63,556 nucleotides of DNA, filler included, from Nemertoderma westbladi (GCA_032718475.1; 4 parts of 4 records of this genome joined end to end with filler, not necessarily neighbours in it); one strand, 5' to 3'; counted from the first letter of the whole stretch, positions 49,331 through 61,920 are shown. The notes: generated by a model from the sequence alone, not told the origin. Numbers and translations are program-made.

Positions 49331-50888
49331 TGAATTTATTTATACGGCGAGTTATAACGCTTAGTAGTTCTAGACCTTACTGGCACACCGGTAGGTCCAC
49401 TGTCCACATGCTAACTTTTTCCTTTAATACCGTTGCAGCGAAACTTTAAGTTGAAAATAAAATGCAGCTGATTATATTTGTTAGTTGTACGAATAATTAA
49501 GGCTTTATGTTTGTTGTCGCGAACATATTTTTATGAAAAATTATTTTCTGTATCTTTGACTTACATGTTGAAAAATTAGAATGTGTCACATGATATATAT
49601 TTAATACAAAATTTCGACGGTGTTTCCGTCGAAAGTTTGTACCGATGGAATGCCATAATACATAATTTGGATGAGAAATAGACATGCAAAAACATACAAT
49701 ATTAGAATCGCTTATATATCAGCTATTTCTCATTCGAAATCCTTATGTTTTTACATAGTTGGAATCCTTGCATAGCCGCCTTTTCTACTCAGGAACGTTT
49801 TTCAAACGCTCGTAGCTAAAGAATGAAAGGACAAATATCAATTCTGACTCACCCACTGTGGAAGAGGGAGTTCAAATATTATGTTTCAAATTTGAATCGA
49901 TTAGTATTATTATCGGCACGGTTTATATCAAAACTTGTGGGGAGGGGGGGGGGGGGGGGTGGGGGGGTCGGCCATGTCTCAGAATTACAACACTATATTC
50001 CGGGGGATAGTGTGACGCATGCACAGTAGGCCTACACCATAATTAATTATCCACAATATTCATCGTGCTAATTAATTATCGCCCGTCATCTGGCAACGTG
50101 GTTATGACATTAATTAGTTTATTTGCGCCTCAGTTCAATAGAGGGTTATAAAGACAGCTACAATGAAAACATACATGACCACATGTTGACCACCTGGAGG
50201 TAATGCTTTATATAACAAGTATACATAAACTAGTAAAAACGCCGTAGCATTATTTCTTAACGTGCTGAATTTACAGTATATATTGTATAACCGTGTAGAA
50301 TCCTATTTAAACCCTGTCGCGGCATTGTCAAATATAGTGCCACATTTACTTTTATATAAGCATTGGATTTACTTTATGTCACAGCGTATAATGAAAGAAA
50401 ATGACTTAAGACTGAAACCAGGATTTATTTTTATTCTACAAAATGGTGTTTTTATTCTCGTATGGAGAAAATTCAACGAGTTTTTAATTTAAACGACGTA
50501 TTAATGTGACGTACAATAATATTGGGATTCGTTTTCATTTTCATTATTCTTATATATTTTTAACATTATAAATAAATATTATGGAAGATTATTACATTAA
50601 ATATCACGAGAAACTCGAAAAATTATACACATAAAAGGATTTATCTATCGCCCATAAATGTATGAAGCCGATCAATAAACATAATAAATAAACAAATTAT
50701 TAAACACATCCAATTCGATAAAAGATTACATTCTTTTTAGTTCGATTAAGGGTTCCATTTTATGGTTTTCTAATAATTGTATAATTAAAATAATTTGTAA
50801 TTTTCTTTAGTAGAGTGCATATCGTATACTAAGAAAAATATATATAAAACTATTAATTGTATATTTGTTAGTCTCGTGAAACGTGAAG

Positions 50889-51920
50889 ATGGCGTCCACC
50901 ATAAATATACCGGTTGTTCTTAAACTTCGTGAAATGTGGAATCGTTTCGATATCAACCACGCGCTCGTCGCTTTCGCCGAGCTAAAGATTGCCGATTCAT
51001 TCCCCAGCGATATTCGCTACAAGTCCTCCTACCAAGAGATCGCCTCTCGCGCCAAAGTCGACGCTCCCAACCTCTACCGACTGCTGCGGGCCCTCACCGA
51101 AATCGATGTCGTCTCCCAGGACACGAGAAACCCAGACGAATTCGCCCTCACGGAGCTGGGGGTCGTGTTCCGTAGCGAGCATCCTATATGCTGTCGGGAC
51201 CACTTCCGATTGGCTGGTGCCAAGGAGATGACCACTACCATGCAAACGCTGCCTCGGTTACTCCGTGAGGGTGGTCAGGATGGTTGGTCACGTGCGTTCG
51301 GAGAACCATTCTTTAGTTGGGTTGAGAAACACGAAGAATACGGTCTCCTTTTTGACGGGGCAATGACCTTCTTGGGTAAACTTCACGGAGAAGCTTTATA
51401 CCAAGACGCACATAAATTAAATCTATTCGATAAATACGATCATATTGTTGATATTGCTGGAGGACAAGGAATGTTGCTGGATTACATCAAACGATTCACC
51501 AAGAAAGGATGTCGATTGACCGTCCAGGAACGGAAACAAGTGTGCGACACATCCACTCCACTCCCTGGTATCGATTTCTACGCCATGGATATCTTTGAGA
51601 AAGCCCTTCCCGGAGCTGATTGCTACATAATGAAGCACATTCTGGACGCTTTCGATGATGGAAGCTGCATCAAAATGTTGCAAAATGTGAGTACAGCTTG
51701 TCGTCCAGGTGGTACCGTCATTATTATCGACAATGTGATTCCCGGGCCGGGTGTCAAGCAGTTCGCCAAGGCGTTTGACTTGACGATAATGTGTGCCGAG
51801 AGAGGCAGGGAGAGGACGCGAGAAGATTTTGAGAACTTGTTGAGTAAGACGTCACTTCAACTGGTGGAGATTCACCCAACATCCACGGAAGTGTCGCTTC
51901 TTCGTTGTCGCAAGAAGTAA
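50889..51920 (+). CDS. Class II SAM-dependent O-methyltransferase (dimerisation domain + Methyltransf_2; COMT/ASMT family), single coding exon
   Basis: LYRLLRAL, FDGAM, VDIAGGQG (SAM motif), DIFE..PGADCYIMKHIL, L.NV..A..PGG.VIIID, GRERT; intact 343-aa ORF from ATG 50889. Confidence 0.93.
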   Translation: MASTINIPVVLKLREMWNRFDINHALVAFAELKIADSFPSDIRYKSSYQEIASRAKVDAPNLYRLLRALTEIDVVSQDTRNPDEFALTELGVVFRSEHPICCRDHFRLAGAKEMTTTMQTLPRLLREGGQDGWSRAFGEPFFSWVEKHEEYGLLFDGAMTFLGKLHGEALYQDAHKLNLFDKYDHIVDIAGGQGMLLDYIKRFTKKGCRLTVQERKQVCDTSTPLPGIDFYAMDIFEKALPGADCYIMKHILDAFDDGSCIKMLQNVSTACRPGGTVIIIDNVIPGPGVKQFAKAFDLTIMCAERGRERTREDFENLLSKTSLQLVEIHPTSTEVSLLRCRKK

Positions 51921-54900
51921 AAGTTTCACGAGTATAAACTATAGCTAAATGTGGTTGGTTGAGGGTGGCAACTTATATTTAGTTTCAGTTTGAGTAGGAT
52001 TTATCTTAGTTTAAATATTTATGTATCTGGCTCTGTGCATGATAATGCTACTACACATTGCAACCTGCAATAATTTGTTTGATGTAATTTGCCTTTTGTT
52101 GTTTTGGTTTAAAATATTTAGTTATTAAAATTCTTCTGTGATGAAGGTACTATTTCAGGGTTTTATCAACTACACATGTACCAAATTTTGATCGCGTCTT
52201 GAGATATATAGGACGTTCTAACATTGATATACGTTTTTCTGGGGCCTTGGGCATAGCACGAGAGTTGGCTAAGCCGAGAACAGTTAATAGCTTTCTTGTT
52301 GGGATAACATATTTCTGCAAAATAGTGGGTTAAGAATACAGTTAAAAGTTAAGAGTGATGTGGGTTAAATCATTTCTGCAGAATGCTTAATGCCTCGTAT
52401 GAGAATATGGCTTGACAATTTGGCTATTTTACCATATTTTAAGATTGAGGTCTGGGTTTATTCCACATGATTTTTAAATGTCCCTCGCATGTAATGACAT
52501 CACTAACTCCAAATCGACCAAAATGTGGGTTGACACATTTCTGCATAACACCGTCCAGTTACAGGTTAATATTGCTAGTAACCATCAGCTGTAAATAGTT
52601 ATCGGTACCGGTACCTGCACGCTGCACCACAAAACCCAAACGGAATACCAGGTCCTTTTCAATCAAAATTGTCGATAAGTCCAGCTATATACTTCAAGGT
52701 TTCTTAAAATTCGCCCCCTAGCGACTGCCAGAGGAACTATTATATGTTGCGCCTGTCTGTATGTATGTAGAATCACTAATTAGGCAATGGTAATCCCCCA
52801 CAGTGGATAAAAGGTATATTGTGTGGTTGTTATTAAGGGTTATAAAGCCGTGACATGGTACCCTGTAATGTGATGCGATGTGATGTGATTACAGTACAAG
52901 GCAGAAAACACACACACACCATTACATATATCGATATATCATAGCGAAATATATTTATGTCACTGGAAGGAATGGAACTTGTGTAATATAGACTATATTT
53001 TGTATCATTTTCAAATGTTATAATACCGTATGAGTGAAAATACGGCATTCCCAATAAATCTCCCTACAACCCAATCCAAAACAACTCATCTGCCAAATGG
53101 AATAATAAATATAATCAAGTAATTATGTCCCACTCCTGACTCCTCCAGTAATATTAGTTAGTTCGAAAGAAAACCATTTGAAATCCATAACTACTTATTT
53201 TCTAATTAGGTAATCAACATGCGTTTCACAAGTAAACCTCGATGCGTTGTGAAGCCAAACGGAACCCGTTTGTAATAAGGTTGATTTATCGGTTACTATT
53301 CTCATTTCTATCGGCCATCTCAGATTGCGTATTATTAGGCCCGTAAGGTGAGGAGAGATGCCTTTCTTATCGGTATCCTAACATTGTGCACTCAGCCACT
53401 CAGGTTAAGGGCATTGGCCGTAATTCAGTGATCGCTGAATTCTAATGAGGTGTTATTGAGTTTCCAATATATTATTTTTTGCTATTTTGTTTGGAACGGT
53501 TGTGAAATTCAGCACGAATAAGGCTCGTTAATGGAGACCAAAATGGTACTTCATGTTGTATTATTACCCTTTTCAATAAAGGACTGCCGCTTTTTTAAAC
53601 ATATTATTATTAATCGATTGATATACAGTTATTACCCATAAAGTAACTAATATAGAAATGCGTGCCAAATTTGGAAATCAAATTAGTATGAAGCCAAATT
53701 TATTAAAATTTTAGTTTTAAAAATGGCTTTTACTTTTTGGTCACATTTTACCGAGGTACGGTAAATTGTCGTCAGCAAAGAGCATGATGTGATTACTACC
53801 TCGAACCTCGTCACACAACTGAAATCTACCACACAAACAGAGACGGTGTTGTACAGTATATCTGGAAGTTACGTCCTTATGACCTCCTAGCAATTATCAT
53901 CAAAAATCTGCAGCTAATATGCATGCAATGTTCAATGATTAATGATTAAGTGTCCCAAGAATGTCAGATATATAGAGTAGATGACATCCTTTAATGCAAT
54001 CAGTTATTGAACGTTTTCGCAAATATTCATGATATGCCCATCAGTGTTAATCAGTTGCCAGTAATTTATCTGCGGAGAAGGATAAAATCGATTATCCCTA
54101 TCATCACATTTCTAAGTGGATTTTCAGGGAAGTGAGTGTAGTGTAGTGTAGGTTGGACTAGTTCAATATTGAGTTGGAATCCATTACCTCTCCCGTATCA
54201 AACATTGAAGCACGACACCTACTTGTAAACATTGTTTTAGAAGCAGAAAACTTCCCAGTTCATCAATATCCAATAAATACTAAAAAATAATAATGTTTCA
54301 CTGATAATATTAAATGTTATAAAGCCAAGGGTTTATGCTGATACTGGCATGGCATGGTTTATACGTACAGTACAGTATGTTGATACTGTCCTAACATATC
54401 TTGTCTTTGCTGCCTATGGCCCTACCATCTTCGGGGTGGGAGTGAGTAGTGTGGGGGGGGGGGGGGGGTCATCTTTGTCGCCCATTTGAATCAGAGTCAA
54501 AATATATAATGCTACTCCATCGTTATGCTATATTTTCATAAGTTTTAACCTGTTTTTTTTTATCAGCTTGGTCGATTACGTGAAAAAATTCGAGCATAAT
54601 TTTTGTTTCGTACTTTTCAAGGAAAATGCCGATATTTTTGAAAATATAATTCAAATTAAAAAAAAACACTCTATTTTCCATGAAACATGTACCTTTTTTT
54701 GGCCTATAATGTTTGAATCTTCCCGCGCAAAAACCAACATGTACGAACACCACCATGCTAATATTTTTGCTGTGGGGTTTTCCTGATCGTTTATTTTATT
54801 TCTGTGGTCATTATCCATTATTAATGGAATCAAGTTTGTCTGTATATCTGTCTGTCGGTATATCAGACTGTCCGATAGTCTGTCCGCCAAATGGTAGCTA

Positions 54901-55631
54901 AACATCTAGCTATATAGGAGTTTTCTGGTCGCAGAATTAACTTACAGTACCTTACAGGGTACATTTGCACATTTGATGGCTTTCAAAGTGTCTGTCTGGC
55001 TGTCGGTTAAATTTTGACGGACAGAACAGACTGACAGGCATACCTACAGAAACAACAATGCCTAATTTGAATACTGACATCGGAATTGAAGTATATAATA
55101 TATCTAATTCAGTTGTAATGGTTGATATAATAGCCATGAGAACTTTCCACTATCTTCATCCAATAACTTTATATCGATTCATGTAAATGTATAGCCAAAA
55201 TGAAATATGTTGTATAATTTTTCTCCGTCATCTAGAAACGCGTCAATACAGTATATTCCAGGAGAAGGAGTGTAGGCTCACTGCTTACTCTGATACAATT
55301 ATTGATGACCATTGTATATTTCATGTACGATTGAACGATGTACGTACAGTACATTTGGTGATTTGGTACTACTGTATGCAGTATATTAAAGTATTATGAC
55401 TACACACACATACTGACATAGACGACCTTATTACCGTAGGCCGTATGGGCGTAGGCATATTACCAATTGGGGTGTCGTTTCAGCCTATTGTAACATATTA
55501 ACTTAATTTCGTGAATGTTTAATTTCGATATTCACCATTTAAGGTATCTTTTAAAGGAATGTATCAGGTTATAATGGCAGGCTTTTCTAACCAAAACAAT
55601 AAACTAAATTAAGAACACAGTTTACAGTAAC

Positions 55632-57809
55632 CACTAGCGTAGCGAGGGTAGGGTCCCAGGGCCCCGGGACCCTACCGTGGAGATTCCAACTTACACTAAC
55701 TCTGAGAGCATTTTGCCATCGTCAAGTTTCATTAAATTAAAAAATTATAATGACAAGTGCAATAAACCGAATATTAGAAATTATTCGAAGTTGAAGTTGC
55801 TTTGGAAAGGAGCCCGACCCCAGACCAGATACAATCCACATTATCCCAGGCAGGTTGCCAAAGAAAATAAGTAGTAGAAAGGAGACCATTATTATACCCC
55901 ATCAAAGTGTTGTAGCCAGGCCTCCAGCCACACTACCAATAATTCCCTCAGGCACCCCCCCCCCCCCCCCCCCCCCCCGCCCCCATGATAAGGCATCATA
56001 ATATCATACAATGTTCTTAGAAAGCCAGCTTATTACTTAGGCCTATATTATATAATCTCTCAACCAGTTTAATAGTCTGTAATGTAAAGCAATGAAATGG
56101 AGCCCAGTTGACCACTGCAGGGGGGCGCCCACTGGCTCCTGCCTTGGTTTCTGTGCTTTCATTAGACGACGTCGCTGTGCCTTGCCTGTCAAGCAGGGTT
56201 CAATATATACCAATGAAAGATAGCATAAATAAGATAGGCACTCTGACTCTGATGTAATATAATGAATTATGTAATTTTTTCTGGGTACACTGACCAACGT
56301 GATTGGATATTGCGTAGCTTGTCTTGCCGAGTCACAACTAAATAACCTGTGGGTGGCTATGTATTTTAATTCAATATTATTATTAATACCATGAAAATTA
56401 CTTTGAAATGTAATTAATTAGAACATTAATTTTTTTTAACAAAAAAACGTTTTTTTTTTACTTTCAATAAATCAAAAAAGTGTATTTAATAATGTACCGG
56501 TACCATAATTAGTTCAATTTCAAAATGTGGCAGTTTATAAAATAATATACCATGGTGTGGGGTGGGGGATTGTTTCACGAAGCGACATTTAACTAAATGG
56601 AAATCGCCGATTTGTAAATAAGGTATTTAAAAAACGGAAGCACATTTAAATTTTACGTCCCTTAATTTAAATGACATGAATTGAAATTTGCCTACTGTCA
56701 TTTTGCAATACTTTTATGTTATCAATACATGTTGTTATGATTCCATGGTAGTAGGGCCTATAGTACTAGTTTTTAAGAATAAGTTAACTGTTCTTAATAT
56801 AAATATTATTAAATTTACTGAAAAGCCATGACAGCATGACGACCAGACCAGTTGCTATGCCGTATAACTATTATTATGTTAATGAGTTTAAATGACACAT
56901 CATTACGTAAATGATTTAAAGCTAAATGACAGGGGGATAAATGACACGCGAATAGCAGTTTCTTGAAACATAAAAACTTTCTGTTATAATTAAAGTATTA
57001 TTTTTAATCTTTCCAATTAAGCCAAATTAAATGACCGTATGTAAAACAGTCCCCTCAGTTTAATTATAATATTAATTTAATTTATTAATTCAATTTCATT
57101 TGTAATTTCAGTAACTTACTTTATAACTATGATTTTATCATATTAATTCTTAATAGCGGATTTTCTAAATTACTCATCTTTACTGGGGGGGGGGGGGGGG
57201 GGGGGCTTTACTGGGGGAATGAACATGTACTGGTGCGCATTACTCAGAATGAGTAGTATACCGACTACTGTACTACAGGCTACAGGTTGGGTGCAACCTT
57301 CGCCCGAGTACAACCTTCGCCCGCGTCCAATATTCGCCCGCGTCCACACTTCACCCCGGGGAAAACCTTCGCCCGCAAGGCAATCTTCCACCGCGAACAA
57401 CCTTCGCCCAATAAGATTTGTGTTAGTAACCATTTTAGTTACCAATTAAGGGAAAGGAGCAGGTTACAGAGACGGCTTCTTCTAACCAAAACAATAAACG
57501 ATGTTGTTACCAATTTAAGGTAAGGAGCAGGTTACAGAAACGGCTTTTTCTAACCAAAACAATAATTGTTTAGTTGGCGATGGTTGCTCGCGGGAGAAGA
57601 TTGTCTGCGGGCGAAGTTTGCTGCGTACCCTACTAAACATTACACATCACGTGTGGCGGGCATTTTGTTAAAATTCCAAACAATCACACCTGGACTACGC
57701 TGGGGGGGGGGGGGGGGGGGCTCTTCCCCCACACCCACAACTACTATAAATATGAATTACAATTTGGGGTCTGGGACCCTACCGTGGGAAATTCCTGGCT
57801 ACGCGGCTG
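55632..57809. mobile_element. hAT-type non-autonomous element nested in the above
   Basis: 8-bp TSD ACAGTAAC (55624-31, 57810-17); termini CACTAGCGTAGC / GCTACGCGGCTG; gggaccctaccgtgg near both ends. Confidence 0.8.
57288..57630. mobile_element. Small TIR element containing two units of the 68-bp satellite
   Basis: cttcgcccgcaaggcaatcttcc...aaccttcgccc is inverted against ggcgatggttg...gaagattgtctgcgggcgaag; satellite units at 57440-57565. Confidence 0.55.
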
Positions 57810-58076
57810 ACAGTAACATTTATACTTCTAGGCGCTAATTTTTCCATATTAATTTAACATTAACCCTATGAGAAGGCTGAAACGACACCCCAATTGACAA
57901 TTTGCGTACCCTACGGTAACAGTTAGTGTAGTACAGTAGTTCAGTACTGTAGTACTGTAGTAGGCCTAAATCTGTAAACTGCTGAACTTATTCGACGACA
58001 GTCAGACAGTACAGCAGTACGATTACACTTAACCACGCTGCCACGCGCTCGCATCAACCGACTCAACTTCGGAACT

Positions 58077-59921
58077 ATGAGTGCCGAGAAGTGTCCCATG
58101 TGCCATCAACTGCAGGTGCGTTTGGATGCAACCCACAGTACTTTGGGACAAACAATGGCAGCGTTAACGGAATGTAAACAAGAATTGGAGGCAATGTCGG
58201 TAGAGTGGCGGATGGCTGTGGGTGCCAAGGAACGGCTCGAGAAGAAAATTAGTCGCTTAAAAGCGGATGTAAAGGATTTACAAAGGTTTCGGGGTAATGG
58301 ATCGGATCCTGTAGGGGGCGATCCTTATATTGAGGAGGACCGAGGGAAGATGGGTCTATTATTGCCTCGCAATGTAACGAACAGCGGGACTCAGACAACC
58401 CACGATGCAGAACCAGCTGACGATGGCGTCCCATTGGCTGAGCAACTTCGACAGGCCGCCGAGGTTGCAATGGTAAAAAACGACGACATCTGGATGGAGT
58501 CTCTGGGCCTCTACTACAATAACTCAACGGGCCTCTACTACGACCCAACGAACGGGTTCTACTACGACGGAAACACTCGTAGCTACTACAAGTACGACGC
58601 CGAGACTGAAGGACTCGTCTTCCATAGCCAAATCCAGATGGAGGAAGAAGGGGAGAGTAATAGAAACAGAGATGAAATCCTACCGAAATCCGCTAATACT
58701 CAACGAAATTCAAAGAAAAAGATACATAAAAGCGATAAAAATGTAGATAAAATAACTAAACATTTTAAACTCAATAGAATAAATGATTCTCCTGACTCGT
58801 TAGGCGAAGAGGTTGAAGATGGTGAGATTGTTAGTGACAGTTCTAGTGATGCTGAGGATAGTGGCGATGATGTTGAACCCTGTGTGAGAGCCGTTGTTCT
58901 AGAATCCGAGTCGATTCCTTTGGGGAGTGTTTACGTGGTCACCATACAGGGTGGGGGGATTGGTAGGGATGCAGGGAGGAATGTTATAGTGGTGCCCGAG
59001 TTGAATGTTAGTAAGTGCCATGCGGCTGTGCAGTATAAAGCTAAGCACCGTGCTTATTATATAAAGGATTGTGGGAGCGCGAATGGGACGTTGTTGAATG
59101 GGAGGCGGTTGGGTTCCCTTGGGAAGGAGAGTGGAGAGTTTGAGTTGAGGAATGGGGATTACATAGGGGTTGGGAACTCCAGGTTGTTGATTCATCTGCA
59201 TCGCGGGGTTGAGACATGTGATGCATGCGAACCGGGGCAGGTTCAGGCGTGGTTCGCGCGTAAGGGGAGGTTAGTGGGAGAGAGACGGGCTGTAGGGAGT
59301 GAGGAGGGAGGAGTTGGGAGTAGGGATGAGGGGGGTGAGGGAAATAGGGGAGGAGTTGGGATCAATAGGGGAGGAATTACAGTTGGTGGGGGAAAGAGGT
59401 TGACTAAGGAACAACAGAGGCGGATTCAAGCCGCGAATGTTCGAAGGAAGTACGGAATAGGTTCTATGCGTAGGGAAAACGCGAGAGGGACTCAGGTTGG
59501 GAAGGCGTATAGAGACAGGGCGAAAGACCGACGGGGTGGGTCTCTCGTGGGGTCTGTGGAGCCGGTAGTCGGGTCTGCTCAGGGGGCGTCCGCTGGTGAA
59601 GCGATTTCTGGGGATAATTTGGGGCATCGGATGTTGGTTAATATGGGTTGGGAGGGACGGGGTGGTTTGGGGGTAGAGGGACGTAAAGGGATACAGCAGC
59701 CAGTTGCGGCACGCGGTATAGTGGGCACACAGGGCTTGGGGGCGGCGTCTACGGTTGGGGCTGACGTTTACCCCGGGAGCTCGGTCAAAGCGCTCCAGCG
59801 GCATAAAATGACCCAGAGATATCGAGCCTTAGAAGATCGGGAAAGTAAAGGGAAACGGGGAACCAATTGGGTTAAGGGCGGGATACAAACTAATAATGGT
59901 TTAGTGCAGAGCCAACTGTAA
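58077..59921 (+). CDS. AGGF1: Angiogenic factor with G-patch and FHA domains 1 homolog, single exon
   Basis: N-terminal coiled coil; OCRE aromatic repeats (YYNNSTGLYYDPTNGFYYD); FHA (IGRD, VSKCHA, DCGSANGT); CDACEPG; YRDRA; G-patch (NLGHRMLVNMGW...GLG). Confidence 0.95.
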   Translation: MSAEKCPMCHQLQVRLDATHSTLGQTMAALTECKQELEAMSVEWRMAVGAKERLEKKISRLKADVKDLQRFRGNGSDPVGGDPYIEEDRGKMGLLLPRNVTNSGTQTTHDAEPADDGVPLAEQLRQAAEVAMVKNDDIWMESLGLYYNNSTGLYYDPTNGFYYDGNTRSYYKYDAETEGLVFHSQIQMEEEGESNRNRDEILPKSANTQRNSKKKIHKSDKNVDKITKHFKLNRINDSPDSLGEEVEDGEIVSDSSSDAEDSGDDVEPCVRAVVLESESIPLGSVYVVTIQGGGIGRDAGRNVIVVPELNVSKCHAAVQYKAKHRAYYIKDCGSANGTLLNGRRLGSLGKESGEFELRNGDYIGVGNSRLLIHLHRGVETCDACEPGQVQAWFARKGRLVGERRAVGSEEGGVGSRDEGGEGNRGGVGINRGGITVGGGKRLTKEQQRRIQAANVRRKYGIGSMRRENARGTQVGKAYRDRAKDRRGGSLVGSVEPVVGSAQGASAGEAISGDNLGHRMLVNMGWEGRGGLGVEGRKGIQQPVAARGIVGTQGLGAASTVGADVYPGSSVKALQRHKMTQRYRALEDRESKGKRGTNWVKGGIQTNNGLVQSQL

Positions 59922-61772
59922 ATTCTCTATAAATATTGCAATAATTATTTATTTTTTTATAACTTTTTCTAATAATAGTAGCGTATCATCAAACTATAAA
60001 ATAGAAAAAAAATTGTAAAACGTTGTGGATTGTCTGATGAGCCGTGATAACATATACAGACACGTTTGGCTAATTATGTTGATATCCAATTTCTTCCATC
60101 GGGTGGGGGGGGGGGGGGGGGGGGGGGGTAACTGTAAGTGAAACAACACGAAGTGATCTGTTCGTCCATACGATACGATTAGGACTGATTGTTCCAATAC
60201 TGTTGCGGTATCGGATATGCATAGAAATTGGTGCCGTAGGGAATTATACCAAACACAATGTTGGACATTACTTTGTGGCAAAACAACTTGAATTACTTCA
60301 GCGAGCTGCGAGTATATTGATACTGTATGCACCCGACTACACCATGTCATAATACACCATGTGTAATCTAGCAGAGCAGCAACAGTTGCGGGGGAGGGGG
60401 GGAGTTAATAATCCTTCTGTACTGAAATATATCATATATACTAAATATATTCACTTAAAATGTATTTAATTGTATCTCCAAAAACATAACTGTCAGCTGT
60501 TCTATTCGAATTTAGTGTATTGTTTTGGTTAGATTAACGTGTCACTATAACCCGCTCATAGCCCTTATTTAGTGTTAATTAATATATTTTTATGGTAATT
60601 AATAGATTTTAGTGAATATTATTAATTTAAAAGATAATTATTTTTAGTAGGTTATATTAAAACACGATCGTGTGAAAGCAAACTTCTTTAAATAGACCCT
60701 AGGAGTTCCTAAACTTATATCCAACCATCCAGGTGGTCTCTGCAAGACCACGTGTTTCCATCACCACAATGACTCATACCGGTGCAAGCTCTGCGAGAAC
60801 ACCGGGTAACAATATCACATTCGCTGTTTCAAAATTGACTTACCATTGAGGGGTTGATGAGCATGCTGTATATTAAAACATCCCTCTCTTTAACAGTTTC
60901 AGGACAATGTTCGACCTTTTATGGCTATAATATTATTATTGTATTTAATTTTATAAAACACTTAGTAGTATTTACAGTAGCAGTACCTTATCAGGGCGTA
61001 ATCCATTAAATCAATATATAGCTGATATTATTTTTGTGTTGGGCGAGACATGTAAGTGACACATTAACCATTAACCGATAATAACTATTAGCTACTGCTA
61101 TGGTGACGTCAATATGGTGTCTGTGCGTGTAATGTGTACTCACTTTCCGATTGGTATCACTACCTTTATTTATAGTAATTATTTGTTATTGTGTGTGTGG
61201 TCGTGGTGTTTTGTTAATTTTCCATTTTATACATTTTCACCCAACTATACTGTAGTAGACTACCCTGCCATTTATTTCTTCCCAAAACAATGTCAGTATA
61301 ACTGATGTTTCATTATACCGTGTATTTAAATTTATTCAATTAGACACAAACTCACACCTTTTTGCGAACTTTATAAGTTTTGTGTCAAATTTCATTTCAG
61401 TCAGATCACTCACACCAAAATATTTCTGATGGAGATGATTATGTAAAATATATTTAATCGAAGTATTTGGACGAAGTACTAATTCCATTGATGGGATTAT
61501 TTTTATTGTGATTACATTTGTATGCAATTGAATGCATTATTGAAACTATAGAGAGATGAAGTAAGGCCCTTCGTAGGCCTAAGGAGAAAGCATGGGCAAC
61601 ATTTAGTGGGATTTCCAGCATTTGGAAATTTCATAGAATAAAAGACGAACAAAAGTAAAGTACGATTGAGCACAGTGGCTGCGGATGATGGTATTGACAG
61701 ATGGGAGGCCATGAGGAGGAGGACATACAAGGTATCAGGTAGTATTTACAGGTCTATCTTTTTCCCTGAGCC

Positions 61773-61865
61773 GCTAGCGGAATTGTTAGAGCGATAGACT
61801 TCCAACCTGAAGGTCAACCTCGACCCGACCTGCACGTCTCTGCTGACGTTGCAAAAGCAGTGCCA
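61773..61865 (+). mobile_element. Degenerate tRNA(Gly)-derived SINE head, same family as 10378-10475
   Basis: gctagcggaattgttagagcgatagacttccaacc...cctgcacgtc...ttgcaaaagc aligns with the reverse complement of 10378-10475. Confidence 0.6.
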
Positions 61866-61920
61866 AACGTAAGTTATAATAATGGAATAGAACTGAATCC
61901 CAAGGTTTGATTATTTAGGG

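Larger units (their letters stand above)
55434..57916. mobile_element. TA-flanked Tc1/pogo-like non-autonomous element (outer layer of a nested stack)
   Basis: TA|CCGTAGG ... CCTACGG|TA; 22-bp perfect inverted match aattggggtgtcgtttcagcct / aggctgaaacgacaccccaatt. Confidence 0.7.

Noticed and set aside
50936-51683. Overlapping alternative-frame and antisense ORFs over the methyltransferase (likewise over AGGF1)
   Set aside because: Shadow ORFs expected in GC-rich coding DNA; no motifs.
46117-59921. PWWP + methyltransferase + AGGF1 as a functional gene cluster
   Set aside because: The genes are 4-6 kb apart, separated by repeats and functionally unrelated; the OMT is a small-molecule-type, not a histone or DNA methyltransferase.
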